Translations under genes and position numbers: made by a program
Notes under the pieces: generated by a model
What the model saw: the letters and a program-made list of their open reading frames with translations, nothing else
Told to the model about the DNA's origin: nothing
Databases searched by the model: none
Source: an uncultured Polyangiaceae bacterium
Lineage (GTDB): Bacteria; Myxococcota_A; Polyangia; Polyangiales; Polyangiaceae
Assembly: GCA_964442485.1 (NCBI GenBank)
Contig: CAYUAW010000005.1
Coordinates: forward strand, 14,903 to 77,894
DNA length: 62,992 nt
Direction of reading: 5' to 3'
Shown here: in pieces, positions 1 through 9,796 of the stretch
Numbering within the stretch: position 1 is the stretch's first letter
Layout of the letters: every line of letters begins with the position of its first letter

Positions 1-1617
1 GTCACGCCGCAGATCGGCGTAGATTTTCAGCTTCGGCTCGGTGCCGCTCGGGCGCAGGATCAATCGCCCTTCGCTGCCGAGATCCACCGAGACCACCGGC
101 GCCGAGGGGAGCCACGGCGGTCGCTGCGTGGCTCCGGCGCGAAAGTCGATCACCCCACGGACGGCGCGACCGGCGAGCGACGTGGGCGGCGTCCTCACTG
201 CGACGTCGAGTGAAGCCGCGATCTCGCGCGCGCCGTCCTGCCCCCGACGGGTGACGCCGTGCTGCGCGCTCGCCCAGAGCCCGCACCGACGGTACAGGGA
301 TTCGAGCCGATCGAGGACCGTCTCGTTCCGGAGCGCACAGCGGGCGGCGAGCTCCGCGAACCAGACTGCGGCGCTGATACCGTCCTTGTCGCGAACGGCT
401 CGCCCGATGGAGAAGCCGATCGCCTCCTCGTAACCGAACGCGAAGCGCACGTGCTCCCGCTCCTCGAGCGCCAGCGCGGCCGACCAGATCCACTTGAAGC
501 CGGTGAGGGTCGCCTCGAAGCGAGCGCCGTGGTGGCTCGCCACGTCGGCCAGCATGGGCGACGAGACAATCGTGGAGACAACGAGTGGGCGTGGCGTGGG
601 CTCCGCTCGTTCGAGCACGAAATCCGCGAGGAGGAGCCCGATCTGGTTACCGCTGAGCGTGCGGTAGCCGCCTCCGGGAGAGGCCACACAAACCGCAAGA
701 CGGTCCGCGTCGGGGTCGTTGGCGAGCACCAGATCCGCCTCGAGCCTCGCCGCGAGCGACAGGGCGAGCGCGAGCGCGGCGGGCTCCTCGGGGTTCGGCG
801 AGCGCGCCGTCGGGAAGCTTCCGTCCGGCGCTGCCTGCTCGGCCACGACGGCGACGCGCGTGAACCCCGCGCGAGCGAGCGCGCGGGTGGCGAGCTCGCC
901 TCCGACGCCGTGAAGCGGCGTGTAGACGATGGAGAGCGAGCGGTCGGCGGCGTCGTGCGGCCGTTCGCTCTCCATGCGCGCCAGATACCGCTCCGCGAGC
1001 TCTTCCGGTACGGGTTCCGCCCGCGTGGGCCTCGCCGTCGTCGCCTTCGAGCGGACGTGGAGCTCGTGGATCCGTCGCTCGATCTCCGCATCGACGGGCG
1101 GGACGATCTGGACGGCGTTCGCGCCGTACAGCTTGTAGCCGTTGTACTCGGCGGGGTTGTGGCTCGCGGTCACGACAATGGCCGCCGACGTGCAGAGCTC
1201 GCGCGCGGCGAACGCGACGAGGGGCGTCGGACACGCCTCGGGGAAGTAGCGGACGGCGATGCCGGCCTCCGTGAGGACGCCGATCGCCGCGTCGGCGAAG
1301 GCGCTGCTCGTCGGCCGCGCGTCGCGCCCGACGACGACGAGCGGAGCCTCCTGGCTGCCGCTGGTCGTCAGCAGGTAATCGGCGACGGCACGCGTGGTGC
1401 GCTCGACGACGCTCTGGTTCATGCGTGAAGGTCCGGCGCCGACGATGCCGCGAAGGCCCGCCGTCCCGAACTCGAGCGGCGCCCCGAAGCGGTCGCGGAG
1501 CTCTGCGATGTTTCCGGCTTCGATGAGCGCGGAGAGCTCGCTGCGTGTTTCGCCGTCCGGGTCGAGCTCGAGCCACGCTCGTGCTTCGGCGAGCAGAACC
1601 TCGTCGTCCGGGTCCAT
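1..1617 (-). CDS. alpha-D-phosphohexomutase (phosphoglucomutase/phosphomannomutase family), 3' end cut by window edge
   Basis: Absent from the ORF track because it runs off the left edge. My own minus-strand translation from the ATG at 1617 gives MDPDDEVLLAEARAWLELDPDGETRSEL...GTAGLRG...AAIVVTASHNPAEYNGYKLYGANAVQIVPP. The TASHNP phosphoserine loop is encoded around 1140-1182. The frame is GC3-rich and open to position 1. The start shares one base with the upstream stop (TGATG). Confidence 0.85.
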   Translation of the reverse strand, partial: MDPDDEVLLAEARAWLELDPDGETRSELSALIEAGNIAELRDRFGAPLEFGTAGLRGIVGAGPSRMNQSVVERTTRAVADYLLTTSGSQEAPLVVVGRDARPTSSAFADAAIGVLTEAGIAVRYFPEACPTPLVAFAARELCTSAAIVVTASHNPAEYNGYKLYGANAVQIVPPVDAEIERRIHELHVRSKATTARPTRAEPVPEELAERYLARMESERPHDAADRSLSIVYTPLHGVGGELATRALARAGFTRVAVVAEQAAPDGSFPTARSPNPEEPAALALALSLAARLEADLVLANDPDADRLAVCVASPGGGYRTLSGNQIGLLLADFVLERAEPTPRPLVVSTIVSSPMLADVASHHGARFEATLTGFKWIWSAALALEEREHVRFAFGYEEAIGFSIGRAVRDKDGISAAVWFAELAARCALRNETVLDRLESLYRRCGLWASAQHGVTRRGQDGAREIAASLDVAVRTPPTSLAGRAVRGVIDFRAGATQRPPWLPSAPVVSVDLGSEGRLILRPSGTEPKLKIYADLRRD

Positions 1618-3008
1618 CAGCCGCCTTTCGCGATGACCTCGGCGAGCGACGTGTCGTAGGCCCCGGCCTGAAAGCGCGGGTCGGCGAGCACCGTGAGGAG
1701 AAATGCGATGTTCGTCGCCCGCGGGCCCTTCGGCCCCGCGAGGCGGAGCTCCGTCGCTTCGAGCGCCGCGCGGAGTCGTGCGATCGCCTCGGCACGGTCG
1801 GCGCCGTGGGCGATGACCTTGGCGATCATCGGGTCGTAGTACGGCGTCACCTCGCCGCCTTCCTCGATCCCCGCGTCGATGCGCACACCGGGGAGACCCG
1901 TCGGCCACACGAGGCGCTCCACGCGGCCCGGCTGGGGCACGAACCCCTTCGCGGGGTCCTCCGCGTACACTCGTGCTTCCACCGCATGCCCCGAGGACCC
2001 GGCCTTTGCCAGCTCCTCCGGCAGCGACTCGCCCGAGGCGATGCGGAGCTGCGCGGCGACGAGATCGACGCCCGTGATCATCTCCGTCACGGGATGCTCG
2101 ACCTGCAGGCGCGCGTTCACCTCGAGGAAGCACGCTGTGCCCGTGCGATCCGCGACGAACTCGACGGTCCCCGCGCCTTCGTAGTGCGCCGCATCGACGA
2201 CCTTCAGGGCATCCTCGGCGAGCGCTGCGCGCCTTCGCTTTCCCTCCTCGCCCTGGAAGAACGCCGCTGGCGAGGGTGATTCCTCGATGATCTTCTGGTG
2301 ACGCCGCTGGACGCTGCACTCGCGCTCCGGCAGCGCCACACGATTGCCAGCACGGTCGCGCACAATCTGGACCTCGATGTGTCGGGGGCTCTCCAGGAAC
2401 CGCTCGACGTACACGCGCGGATCGCCGAACGCCGCGCGCCCCCGGTCGGAGCAGGCGCGCGCCGCCTTCTCGACGTCGGCGAGCTCGCGGACGAGCTGCA
2501 TGCCGATGCCGCCTCCACCTCCAGCGGCCTTGAAGAGCACGGGGAGCCCGATCTTCTCGACGAGGGCTCGCAGCCCGGGGAGATCCGCGGGGTCGATCGG
2601 ACCGTCCGAACCCGGGGGCGGCTCGACGCCCACCGATCGCGCGAGAGCGCGCGCCTTCAGCTTGTCGCCGAAGGCGTCGAGCGCGGCCAGGGGGGGACCG
2701 ATGAAGACGACCCCCGCCGCAGCGACCGCGCGCGCGAAGCCCTCGTTCTCGCTGAGCAAGCCGTAGCCGGGATGGATCGCGTCGGCAGACGTGTCGAGCG
2801 CGGCGGTCACGATCGCCGCGGCGTTCAGATAGCTGTCTTTCACCGGCGGAGGACCGATGCGCACCGCAGCGTCGGCGAAGCGCACGTGCGGCGACGAGGC
2901 ATCTGCGTCCGAGTACACGGCGACGGTGGCGACGCCCAGCTTCTTGCAGGTGCGCATCACGCGCAGCGCGATCTCGCCGCGGTTCGCTACGAGGACCCTT
3001 CCGAACAT
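1617..3008 (-). CDS. accC: biotin carboxylase (ATP-grasp), stand-alone
   Basis: ORF 1617..3059 trimmed to the internal ATG at 3008, giving the canonical N-terminus MFGRVLVANRGEIALRVMRTCKKLG. It has the glycine loop KAAGGGGGIGMQ and the motif EVNARLQVEHPVTE. No BCCP or carboxyltransferase domain is attached. Confidence 0.8.
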   Translation of the reverse strand: MFGRVLVANRGEIALRVMRTCKKLGVATVAVYSDADASSPHVRFADAAVRIGPPPVKDSYLNAAAIVTAALDTSADAIHPGYGLLSENEGFARAVAAAGVVFIGPPLAALDAFGDKLKARALARSVGVEPPPGSDGPIDPADLPGLRALVEKIGLPVLFKAAGGGGGIGMQLVRELADVEKAARACSDRGRAAFGDPRVYVERFLESPRHIEVQIVRDRAGNRVALPERECSVQRRHQKIIEESPSPAAFFQGEEGKRRRAALAEDALKVVDAAHYEGAGTVEFVADRTGTACFLEVNARLQVEHPVTEMITGVDLVAAQLRIASGESLPEELAKAGSSGHAVEARVYAEDPAKGFVPQPGRVERLVWPTGLPGVRIDAGIEEGGEVTPYYDPMIAKVIAHGADRAEAIARLRAALEATELRLAGPKGPRATNIAFLLTVLADPRFQAGAYDTSLAEVIAKGG

Positions 3009-4123
3009 CCTGCCTTGCCCTTTCGCTCGAGGCGCTCGCGCAGAACGAGCTGTCCGCACGCGGCGTCCACATCGTCACCGCGCTGCTTGCGAACGAACAC
3101 GCTGTAGCCGTCGCGAGCGAGCATCTCCTTGAATGCCTCCACGCGTGCGGCCTCCGGCGACCCCATCTTCGCCGCGCTGATGGGGTTCATGGGGATGAGG
3201 TTCACCTTCACGCGGAGGCCCCGCAGGGCGCGCGCGAGCTCCTTCGCGTGCGCCGGGGCGTCGTTGATGCCGGCGATGAGTATGTACTCGATGGTGACGC
3301 GACGGCGCTTCGGGAGCGGGTAGGCGCGGACGGCCTCGAGCACGTCGCGGACCGGGTAGCGCCGGTTCATCGGCACGATCCCGTTTCGGACTTCGTCGTT
3401 CGGCGCGTGCAGCGACAGCGCGAGCCCGACCTTGCCAGCGAAGTCGTCTCCAAGCCGCCGGATGCCCGGCACGAGGCCCACTGTGCTCACCGTGATGCGC
3501 CGCGGGCTCATCCCGATGCCCTCCGGATGAGTCAGGAGACGGATGGCCCGCGCCGTCTCGTCGTAGTGGTGCAGCGGCTCGCCCATCCCCATGAAGACCA
3601 GGTTCCTGAGGTGCTCTCCGGGCGCGAGGTGGCCGCGCGCGGTGAGCACCTGCGCGACGATCTCCTCGGCCTTGAGACCTCGCTCGAGACCCGCTTGCCC
3701 GCTCGCGCAGAACACGCACCCCATGGCGCAGCCGATCTGCGTCGACACGCAGAGGGTGACACGACCGTCCCACGCCCCTTCTTCGTCCTCCGGATCGTCG
3801 TCCGGGTCGTCGGACATGGGAATGAGCACACACTCGATCTTCCCGCCGAGCGCAAGCTCGCAGACGAGCTTCCGCGTGCCGTCGCGGGCGCGCCGCACCT
3901 CGGATACGGAGAGCGGCATCGCCAACCGAGGGTCTGCGAGCCGTTCACGGAACGCTTGCGGCAGATCCGTCATCGCCGCCGGATCGGTGATGCCGCGCCC
4001 CTGCACCCACTTGAAGACCTGGCGCCCGCGAAACGCGCGTTCGCCGAGCTCGACAGCGACCTCTTCCCACTCTTCAGGGAGACGGGCCATGGGGTGCAGC
4101 ACGCTGCCGCCGTCCGCTGTCAT
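2987..4123 (-). CDS. rlmN: 23S rRNA/tRNA adenine-C2 methyltransferase, radical SAM
   Basis: Radical-SAM cluster motif GCAMGCVFCASG, N-terminal FRGRQVFKWV, and C-terminal DVDAACGQL. ATGA overlap with the mazG stop at 4120-4123. The 3' end overlaps the accC-like start by about 22 nt. Confidence 0.9.
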   Translation of the reverse strand: MTADGGSVLHPMARLPEEWEEVAVELGERAFRGRQVFKWVQGRGITDPAAMTDLPQAFRERLADPRLAMPLSVSEVRRARDGTRKLVCELALGGKIECVLIPMSDDPDDDPEDEEGAWDGRVTLCVSTQIGCAMGCVFCASGQAGLERGLKAEEIVAQVLTARGHLAPGEHLRNLVFMGMGEPLHHYDETARAIRLLTHPEGIGMSPRRITVSTVGLVPGIRRLGDDFAGKVGLALSLHAPNDEVRNGIVPMNRRYPVRDVLEAVRAYPLPKRRRVTIEYILIAGINDAPAHAKELARALRGLRVKVNLIPMNPISAAKMGSPEAARVEAFKEMLARDGYSVFVRKQRGDDVDAACGQLVLRERLERKGKAGCSEGSS

Positions 4124-4965
4124 TGCCCGCGCTCCTTCGCTTCGTCCCAGTAGCCGTCGAGCTCGGCGAGCGACAAACCCTTCGTGGCCTTGCCGTCCTG
4201 ATCGCGAGGCCAGTCGCCGTGCTTCTCCTTCACCCTCCGCTCGACGTGGTCGAACCGTGCACGGAAGCGATCGGTCGTCTCTCTCAGCGCTTCCTCGGCG
4301 TCGACGCCCTGGTGGCGCGCGAAGTTCACGAGCGCGAAGAGCAGATCGCCGAGCTCGGCGCGCACGCGCGTGCGATCCCCGCCCTGCACCGCCTCGTCGA
4401 GCTCCGCGAGCTCTTCGCTCACCTTGTCACGCGAGCCCTGCGCGTCGGGCCAGTCGAAACCGACGCGGCCGACCTTCTCGCTCAGGCGCGTGGCCCGCAG
4501 GAGCGCGGAGAGCGCGCGCGGGACGCCGTCGAGCAAGGGACGATGCTGCTTCTCGCTCCGCTTGATGGCGTCCCAGTTCTTCAGCACCTCCTCGGCGCCG
4601 CTCACGGTGACGTCTCCGAAGACGTGAGGATGTCGCCTCACGAGCTTGCTGCAGATCGCGCGAACGACGTCGTCGGGACCGAATGCGCCGTCGCGACGCG
4701 CCAGCTCGCCGAGAAAGACGACCTGCAGCGACAGGTCGCCGAGCTCGTCCATCAGCTCCTCCGGCTTGCCGCGGTCGATGGCGTCGATGACCTCGCACGC
4801 CTCCTCGAGGACGTATTGCCGCAGCGAGCGATAGTCCTGCTCGCGATCCCACGGGCAGCCGTCCGGCGCGAGCAGGCGCCCCATCAACTCGACCAGCGAG
4901 GGATAAGTCTCGCCGCGCTGCTCATCGAGTGGAAGCGGCTGGGGAACCTGGAAAGATCGCGACAT
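4120..4965 (-). CDS. mazG: nucleoside triphosphate pyrophosphohydrolase MazG
   Basis: GCPWDREQDYRSLRQYVLEEACEVIDAI, plus a second MazG repeat ELGDLLFALVNFARH. The start is ambiguous (ATG at 4998 or 4965). I chose 4965 from the usual distance to the CPWD motif. Confidence 0.85.
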   Translation of the reverse strand: MSRSFQVPQPLPLDEQRGETYPSLVELMGRLLAPDGCPWDREQDYRSLRQYVLEEACEVIDAIDRGKPEELMDELGDLSLQVVFLGELARRDGAFGPDDVVRAICSKLVRRHPHVFGDVTVSGAEEVLKNWDAIKRSEKQHRPLLDGVPRALSALLRATRLSEKVGRVGFDWPDAQGSRDKVSEELAELDEAVQGGDRTRVRAELGDLLFALVNFARHQGVDAEEALRETTDRFRARFDHVERRVKEKHGDWPRDQDGKATKGLSLAELDGYWDEAKERGQ

Positions 4966-5060
4966 GGCAGCCCTGCGGCAGGCGAGCGAAGCTAGCACGG
5001 CCGCGCCGGTTTGCAGGGAGATCCCCGCTGCCGAGAGGCCCCCGGGCCCGAATCCTCGCT

Positions 5061-5852
5061 ATGCTCCGCCGCACCATGGAAGACCCCGTCCTGCTCGTCG
5101 AGCGCGAAGGCCCGGTCGCGACGCTGACGCTCAATCGCCCTTCCTCGAAGAACGCGCTGAACCCACCCCTCATCTCCGCGCTCGGCGACGCGGTCCGCTC
5201 GGTCGCGAGCGACACCGCAATCCGAGCGGTCGTTCTCACCGGCGCAGGGGGCGCCTTCTGCTCGGGCGCGGATCTGAAGGAGGGGCTCATCGGCGGCGAA
5301 GAGGTGGGGGCTCGACTCGAGGAGCTGCACGATGTCGTGCGCGGCATCGTCCGGGCGCCAAAGCCCTTCCTCGCCGCGATCGACGGGGCCGCCGTGGGAT
5401 TCGGGTGCGATCTGGCGCTCGCGTGCGACCTACGCGTCCTGTCGACGCGCGGCTACCTGCAGGAGATCTTCGTGAAGATCGGGCTGATGCCGGACGGCGG
5501 CGGCACCTTCTGGGTGCCGCGCCTGGTCGGGCTCGGCCGCGCGATGGAGTATCTGATGCTCGGCACCCGCATCGACGCGGCTCTGGCGCGCGAGGTCGGT
5601 CTGGCCAATCGAGTGGTCGAACCGGGTGAGCTCGCCCGCGCGGCGGCGTCCGTCGGCGCGGAGCTTTCGAAGGGCCCCCCGCTGGCGCTCGCGAAGATCA
5701 AGCAAGCGGTCCGCGAGGGCTTCACGGGTGGCATCGACGACGCGCTTGCGCGCGAGAAGGCGAACCAGCTCGAACTGCTCGGGAGCGAGGACCTCGGCGA
5801 AGGCGTGATGGCCTGGGCACAGCGCCGCGAGCCCGTGTTCAAGGGCAAGTAG
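5061..5852 (+). CDS. enoyl-CoA hydratase/isomerase (crotonase) family protein
   Basis: ORF 4929..5852 trimmed to the ATG at 5061 (MLRRTMEDPVLLVEREGPVATLTLNRPSSKNAL). Oxyanion-hole region VVLTGAGGAFCSGADLKEG. Confidence 0.85.
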   Translation: MLRRTMEDPVLLVEREGPVATLTLNRPSSKNALNPPLISALGDAVRSVASDTAIRAVVLTGAGGAFCSGADLKEGLIGGEEVGARLEELHDVVRGIVRAPKPFLAAIDGAAVGFGCDLALACDLRVLSTRGYLQEIFVKIGLMPDGGGTFWVPRLVGLGRAMEYLMLGTRIDAALAREVGLANRVVEPGELARAAASVGAELSKGPPLALAKIKQAVREGFTGGIDDALAREKANQLELLGSEDLGEGVMAWAQRREPVFKGK

Positions 5853-5863
5853 CGACGCCGCGA

Positions 5864-6832
5864 TCAGAAGAGGTACCGTTCGCCCGAGTCGCAGAGGACG
5901 GTCACGACCCTCCCGCCTGGAAGCCGCTTTGCAATCTCCGCCGCGGCGTGGACGTTGGCGCCCGACGACGGGCCGACGAGCAGCCCCTCTTCGCGCGAGA
6001 GACGCCTCACCATGCGCTCGGCGGCCACGTCGCTCACGGCGATCACCTCGTCGATCACGGTCCGGTCGAGTATCTTCGGGACGAAGCCGGCGCCGAGCCC
6101 CTGGATGCCGTGCATCCCGGGGGGCTTGCCGCTCAGCACGGCGCTCTCCCGCGGCTCCACGGCGACGACGAGCACGTTGCGCCCGAACCGTGCCTTGAGG
6201 GCGCGGCCGACGCCCGTGATGGTCCCCCCGGTTCCGACGCCCGCGACGAACGCATCGAGAGCCCCGCCGGTCTGCTCGAGGATCTCCACGGCGGTTCCGC
6301 GCTCGTGGCTCTCCGGGTTCGCGGGGTTGTCGAACTGGCTCGGCATCATGGCGCCCGGGGTGTTCCGGACCAGCTCCTCGGCGCGCGCGACGGCGCCGCT
6401 CATCCCGGCCGTAGCGGGCGTCAGGATGATCTCAGCACCGTACGCGCGAAGGATGTGACGGCGCGCGACGCTCATGTCCTCCGGCATCACGAGCACGCAC
6501 TTGTACCCGCGGACCGAGGCGATCATCGCCAGACTGATGCCGGTATTGCCGCTCGTCGCCTCGACGATGGTCGCGCCCGGCGCGAGCTTCTTCTCGCGCT
6601 CGGCGACCTGGATCATCGAGAGCGCGGGGCGATCCTTCACGCTGCCGCCGGGATTCAGGAATTCCGCCTTCGCCCAGATGACGGCACCGTCCTCCGGGCC
6701 GATGTGTGAGAGTCGGACGAGCGGCGTGCGCCCAATGAGCCCGATGCTGCCGTCGTCGCCGACTGCGAGGACGCGCTCGCGGACGTCCTCGCCCTGTCGC
6801 GCGCGGCGTCCGCCGCCGTGGGGAGCACTCAT
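5864..6832 (-). CDS. cysK: cysteine synthase (PLP-dependent, CysK/CysM family)
   Basis: ORF 5864..7072 trimmed to the ATG at 6832. IGRTPLVRL, PLP-lysine motif NPGGSVKDRPALSMI, and TSGNTGISLA. The upstream 80 codons are Arg-rich and overlap the ygfZ-like gene. Confidence 0.8.
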   Translation of the reverse strand: MSAPHGGGRRARQGEDVRERVLAVGDDGSIGLIGRTPLVRLSHIGPEDGAVIWAKAEFLNPGGSVKDRPALSMIQVAEREKKLAPGATIVEATSGNTGISLAMIASVRGYKCVLVMPEDMSVARRHILRAYGAEIILTPATAGMSGAVARAEELVRNTPGAMMPSQFDNPANPESHERGTAVEILEQTGGALDAFVAGVGTGGTITGVGRALKARFGRNVLVVAVEPRESAVLSGKPPGMHGIQGLGAGFVPKILDRTVIDEVIAVSDVAAERMVRRLSREEGLLVGPSSGANVHAAAEIAKRLPGGRVVTVLCDSGERYLF

Positions 6833-6914
6833 GTGCCGCGAAGATACCCTGGCTTCGACCCGCCCACCATCGAAGGACTGGCCACGAGTCCGTCGGGCAA
6901 AGCCCGACAGGCTC

Positions 6915-7823
6915 CTAGCGCGGCTCCACGACCTCGCCGCGCGCGCCGTCCACCGTGAGGGCCGTCCCTGGCGTCGCCGAGGTGGCGCCCAGAAACGCGA
7001 GGGCGGCGGGGCCGCCGAGCAGCGCGCTCTGGGCGGCGCTCCGTGTCTCGCCGACGACGCTGCCCGACGCATCCAGGACCTTCGCGCCTGACGCAGGCAC
7101 GACAGCGCCCTCGAAGCGTACGATCGCGAGCCTTCGCTTCACCTTGCCGCGCATGTCTTGCATGCACACGGCTTCCTGGCCGAGGTAGCACCCCTTCGAC
7201 CACGACACCGTGCGTCGCTCAAGCGAGACCTCGTGCGGGCTGCGCTGCTCGTCCATGTCGATTCCGTGGAGCGGAACGAGGCGCTCCACGCGGAGCCTGG
7301 TGAAGTCCTCGTCGGTCGCCGCGACGGCGCCCTCCGCGATGGCGTCACGTCGGAGGGCCTTCTCCATGTCGCGAGGAACGACGATGGCGGCGCCCCCGAG
7401 TCCCGTCACGTCGATGCTCGAGCTCGCTGCGCCGTGACGAGCGGCGACGGTCGCCGCGATCTCCGGAGCGCGGGGACCGTGGAGCACGACCCACGAAAAG
7501 GACGCCGAATCGTCCGCGAGGTCCGCGTCCTCCATGATGAGGAAGCTCGTGAGATAGTCGTGTGCGCGCGGAGTGACGGCGCGCGCCATGCCGAGCCGGA
7601 GGGCCCCCGCGTCCCCCACCAGAAGGAAGTCGGCGAGGACCTTCCCTTGTCGCGTAAGGAGAAGGCCCCAGCGGCCCTCCCCTGGCGGCAGACCCTCCAC
7701 GTCGCAGGTCACGATGCCCTGCAGCCACGTGAGGCGATCGGACCCGGTCACCGACAGAGTGCCCAGCTCTGCCGGGGGCGCGAGCAGTGCGCCCGCGCGC
7801 GCGGCTTCGTCAGGCGTCGTCAC
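6915..7823 (-). CDS. ygfZ: folate-binding YgfZ/GcvT-like protein
   Basis: SVTGSDRLTWLQGIVTCDV N-terminal region and the YgfZ signature KGCYLGQE near the C-terminal third. Confidence 0.75.
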   Translation of the reverse strand: MTTPDEAARAGALLAPPAELGTLSVTGSDRLTWLQGIVTCDVEGLPPGEGRWGLLLTRQGKVLADFLLVGDAGALRLGMARAVTPRAHDYLTSFLIMEDADLADDSASFSWVVLHGPRAPEIAATVAARHGAASSSIDVTGLGGAAIVVPRDMEKALRRDAIAEGAVAATDEDFTRLRVERLVPLHGIDMDEQRSPHEVSLERRTVSWSKGCYLGQEAVCMQDMRGKVKRRLAIVRFEGAVVPASGAKVLDASGSVVGETRSAAQSALLGGPAALAFLGATSATPGTALTVDGARGEVVEPR

Positions 7824-7864
7824 GGGAGCTCAGGATGCCGCCGAATCGCGGCGAGTCAACGTCA

Positions 7865-8656
7865 TCAGAGAGACACGCCGTCGTCGACGGAGGGATACAC
7901 GACCCCCTCCTTGATCGCCACGTGACGCTCGGCGCCGTCCTTGCCCCGGACCACGAGCTCGACGCCCACCTGGGCGTTGGCGTTCACGAGGCTCTGCGCC
8001 TCCCCCTCCTCCATCTGCTCGACCTTCTTGCCCTGGATCTCCACGATGTCATCCCCGTCCATGAGCCCCGCGCGGGCGGCAGGCGACTCCGGAAAGACGT
8101 GGGACACCGCGGCGCCGCTGGCGCTGAGCTCGTAGTTGAACCCGAGACCCCAGCGCCCGTGCGCGGCTTCGACCCGAATCTGCACGTGCGCCCCGCTGTC
8201 ACAATCGACGTCCACCGGGATCGGCCCCACCTGGTCGGTGAAATTCCGCAGGTTCTTGATGCAGATGGGGTGGTTGTTCAGCGGGTTGCTGTCCCAAACT
8301 TCGAGCCGCACAGCCGAGTCCGGTAGAACCCGGTAGTTCGCCCGCTTCTGATCTGGCCAGGTCGGCTTCAGGGTGTCCGACTGGATCGGGGTCTTGATGA
8401 TCTCGTGGTCGTTCACGATGAGCTTGGCGAAGGGATCCGGCAAGCTGCCACCGAGCGAGTCCCAGGGACGGCCGTCGCGGGTCCGTGGCGGGATCTCGGC
8501 ACTGATGAAGTCGATGTAGAGGAGATCCGGCGGCGGAGGCGGCACGAGTTTGCGCCCCGCGGGGGGCACCTTCATCGGCGGCGCGATCTCCGGGTAAACG
8601 GCCGCACACCCCGTGGCGGCGCCCAGAAGAAAGGACAGAAGCAGGGTAGCCTTCAT
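7865..8656 (-). CDS. lipoprotein with C2-like and PDZ domains
   Basis: ORF 7865..9232 trimmed to the ATG at 8656 (MKATLLLSFLLGAATGC lipobox). The upstream extension is Arg/Ser-rich and overlaps the next gene. C2-like stretch: LPDPFAKLIVNDHEIIKTPIQSDTLKPTWPDQ...VRLEVWDSN. PDZ-like stretch: SPAARAGLMDGDDIVEIQGKKV. Confidence 0.7.
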   Translation of the reverse strand: MKATLLLSFLLGAATGCAAVYPEIAPPMKVPPAGRKLVPPPPPDLLYIDFISAEIPPRTRDGRPWDSLGGSLPDPFAKLIVNDHEIIKTPIQSDTLKPTWPDQKRANYRVLPDSAVRLEVWDSNPLNNHPICIKNLRNFTDQVGPIPVDVDCDSGAHVQIRVEAAHGRWGLGFNYELSASGAAVSHVFPESPAARAGLMDGDDIVEIQGKKVEQMEEGEAQSLVNANAQVGVELVVRGKDGAERHVAIKEGVVYPSVDDGVSL

Positions 8657-8714
8657 CGGCGCACAGGCTATCCCATTTGTGCGTCGTGCTGCAGCAATCC
8701 GATGGCCCAGCCCG

Positions 8715-9458
8715 TCAGTGTGGCGCGTCTTTCTCCGGCGTCGCTCGGGCCCGGGCGCGCAGGTCGGCCGTTTCCGCGACGACGGGGGTGCTCCCCTCGA
8801 AGGCGAGGACGACCAGGGCTCGCGCGAGGTCCCGGGCGGACATCGATGAGTAGCGATCCCGCGCAGCCCCTCCACCGAGGTGCCCCACGACGCCGAGGAG
8901 AGAATCTGCGACCGTGGCGGCGATGCGTTCCAGCGGACGCGGTTCGCTCCGATCCGGGCCCGTGATGAACGAAGAGCGCGCGATGACGTACGGCAGGCCA
9001 CTCGCGCGCACGTCGGCCTCTGCCTTGTACCGCGCAGAAAGATACGCATTGCCGGATGGCCGGCCAGCACCGAGCGCAGACAGATAGACGAAACGCGGGC
9101 GCGAAGCACACGCAACCGATGCACGGAGTAACATCGCAGTGAGCCCGTAATCGACGGTGTCATACGACTCACGCGGCGCGCCGGCGCGTCGCGCTGCTGC
9201 GGCGCGCGCGCGTGTGGTGCCGAGCAGCGCAAAGACGACGTCGGGACGATGTTTCAACAGGGCCGTCCGGAACGCCTCTTCTTCCCACGCCGTCGTGTCC
9301 ACCAGAGCACCCTCGGACTCGAATTGCCGCGAGAGCTCCCCGAGGTTCGCCGCCGCGGGACGAACGTGTGCCACCGCTTCGACGCCGCGCGCGACGAGCG
9401 CGCGAACGACCTCTCGACCGGTGTAGCCGGTCGCTCCCGCCACGAATGCTCTCGACAT
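8715..9458 (-). CDS. NAD(P)-binding atypical SDR/NmrA-like protein
   Basis: N-terminal Rossmann motif MSRAFVAGATGYTGREVVRALVARG. About 247 aa. Confidence 0.75.
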   Translation of the reverse strand: MSRAFVAGATGYTGREVVRALVARGVEAVAHVRPAAANLGELSRQFESEGALVDTTAWEEEAFRTALLKHRPDVVFALLGTTRARAAAARRAGAPRESYDTVDYGLTAMLLRASVACASRPRFVYLSALGAGRPSGNAYLSARYKAEADVRASGLPYVIARSSFITGPDRSEPRPLERIAATVADSLLGVVGHLGGGAARDRYSSMSARDLARALVVLAFEGSTPVVAETADLRARARATPEKDAPH

Positions 9459-9796
9459 CGCTTATTTGGCTCCTTGAGGGATGATTTCGCAGGCGAACAG
9501 GTCGCATTTCAAGTCGCCGGAGGCGGGCCGAAGGACCGCCGACAGTTGAGAGAATTCTCTTTTCCCGCCCTGCCCACACCCCAGTGCTTTTCGACCCGGC
9601 GCCGAGATCGGCGTCCGCCGAACGACTACACACGCCGGTTCGAGAAGACAGCTTTGACGCGAATGGCAGTGGGGTGAGATGGGCACCGGGGGTCAAAAGA
9701 CGCAAAAGGTGCAAAACCACGAGAGGCGATCCTTGCCTCGAAGATTTCGGGATGCGAGATGCGCGAGGGCGCACTATCCTATACTCAAGGTAGATC

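Noticed and set aside
1617-3008. Stand-alone biotin carboxylase considered as a malonyl-CoA supply gene for the KS/ACP operon
   Set aside because: It lies 9 kb away, separated by unrelated housekeeping genes on both strands. It is most simply the housekeeping AccC-type subunit.
8657-9232. N-terminal extensions given by the ORF track. Examples are 7865-9232, 5864-7072, 37795-39231, 30993-35483, 22216-22953 and 4929-5852.
   Set aside because: The extensions are Arg-rich and overlap neighbouring genes. Each precedes an internal start that yields a canonical N-terminus, signal peptide or 4-nt coupling overlap, so I trimmed the CDS calls accordingly.
9637-9643. GGTTCGA T-loop-like heptamers (also near 57052) that could indicate tRNA genes
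   Set aside because: They are not followed by the TCC or a matching T-stem. I could not build an acceptor stem or anticodon arm around them. I found no tRNA or rRNA in the window.
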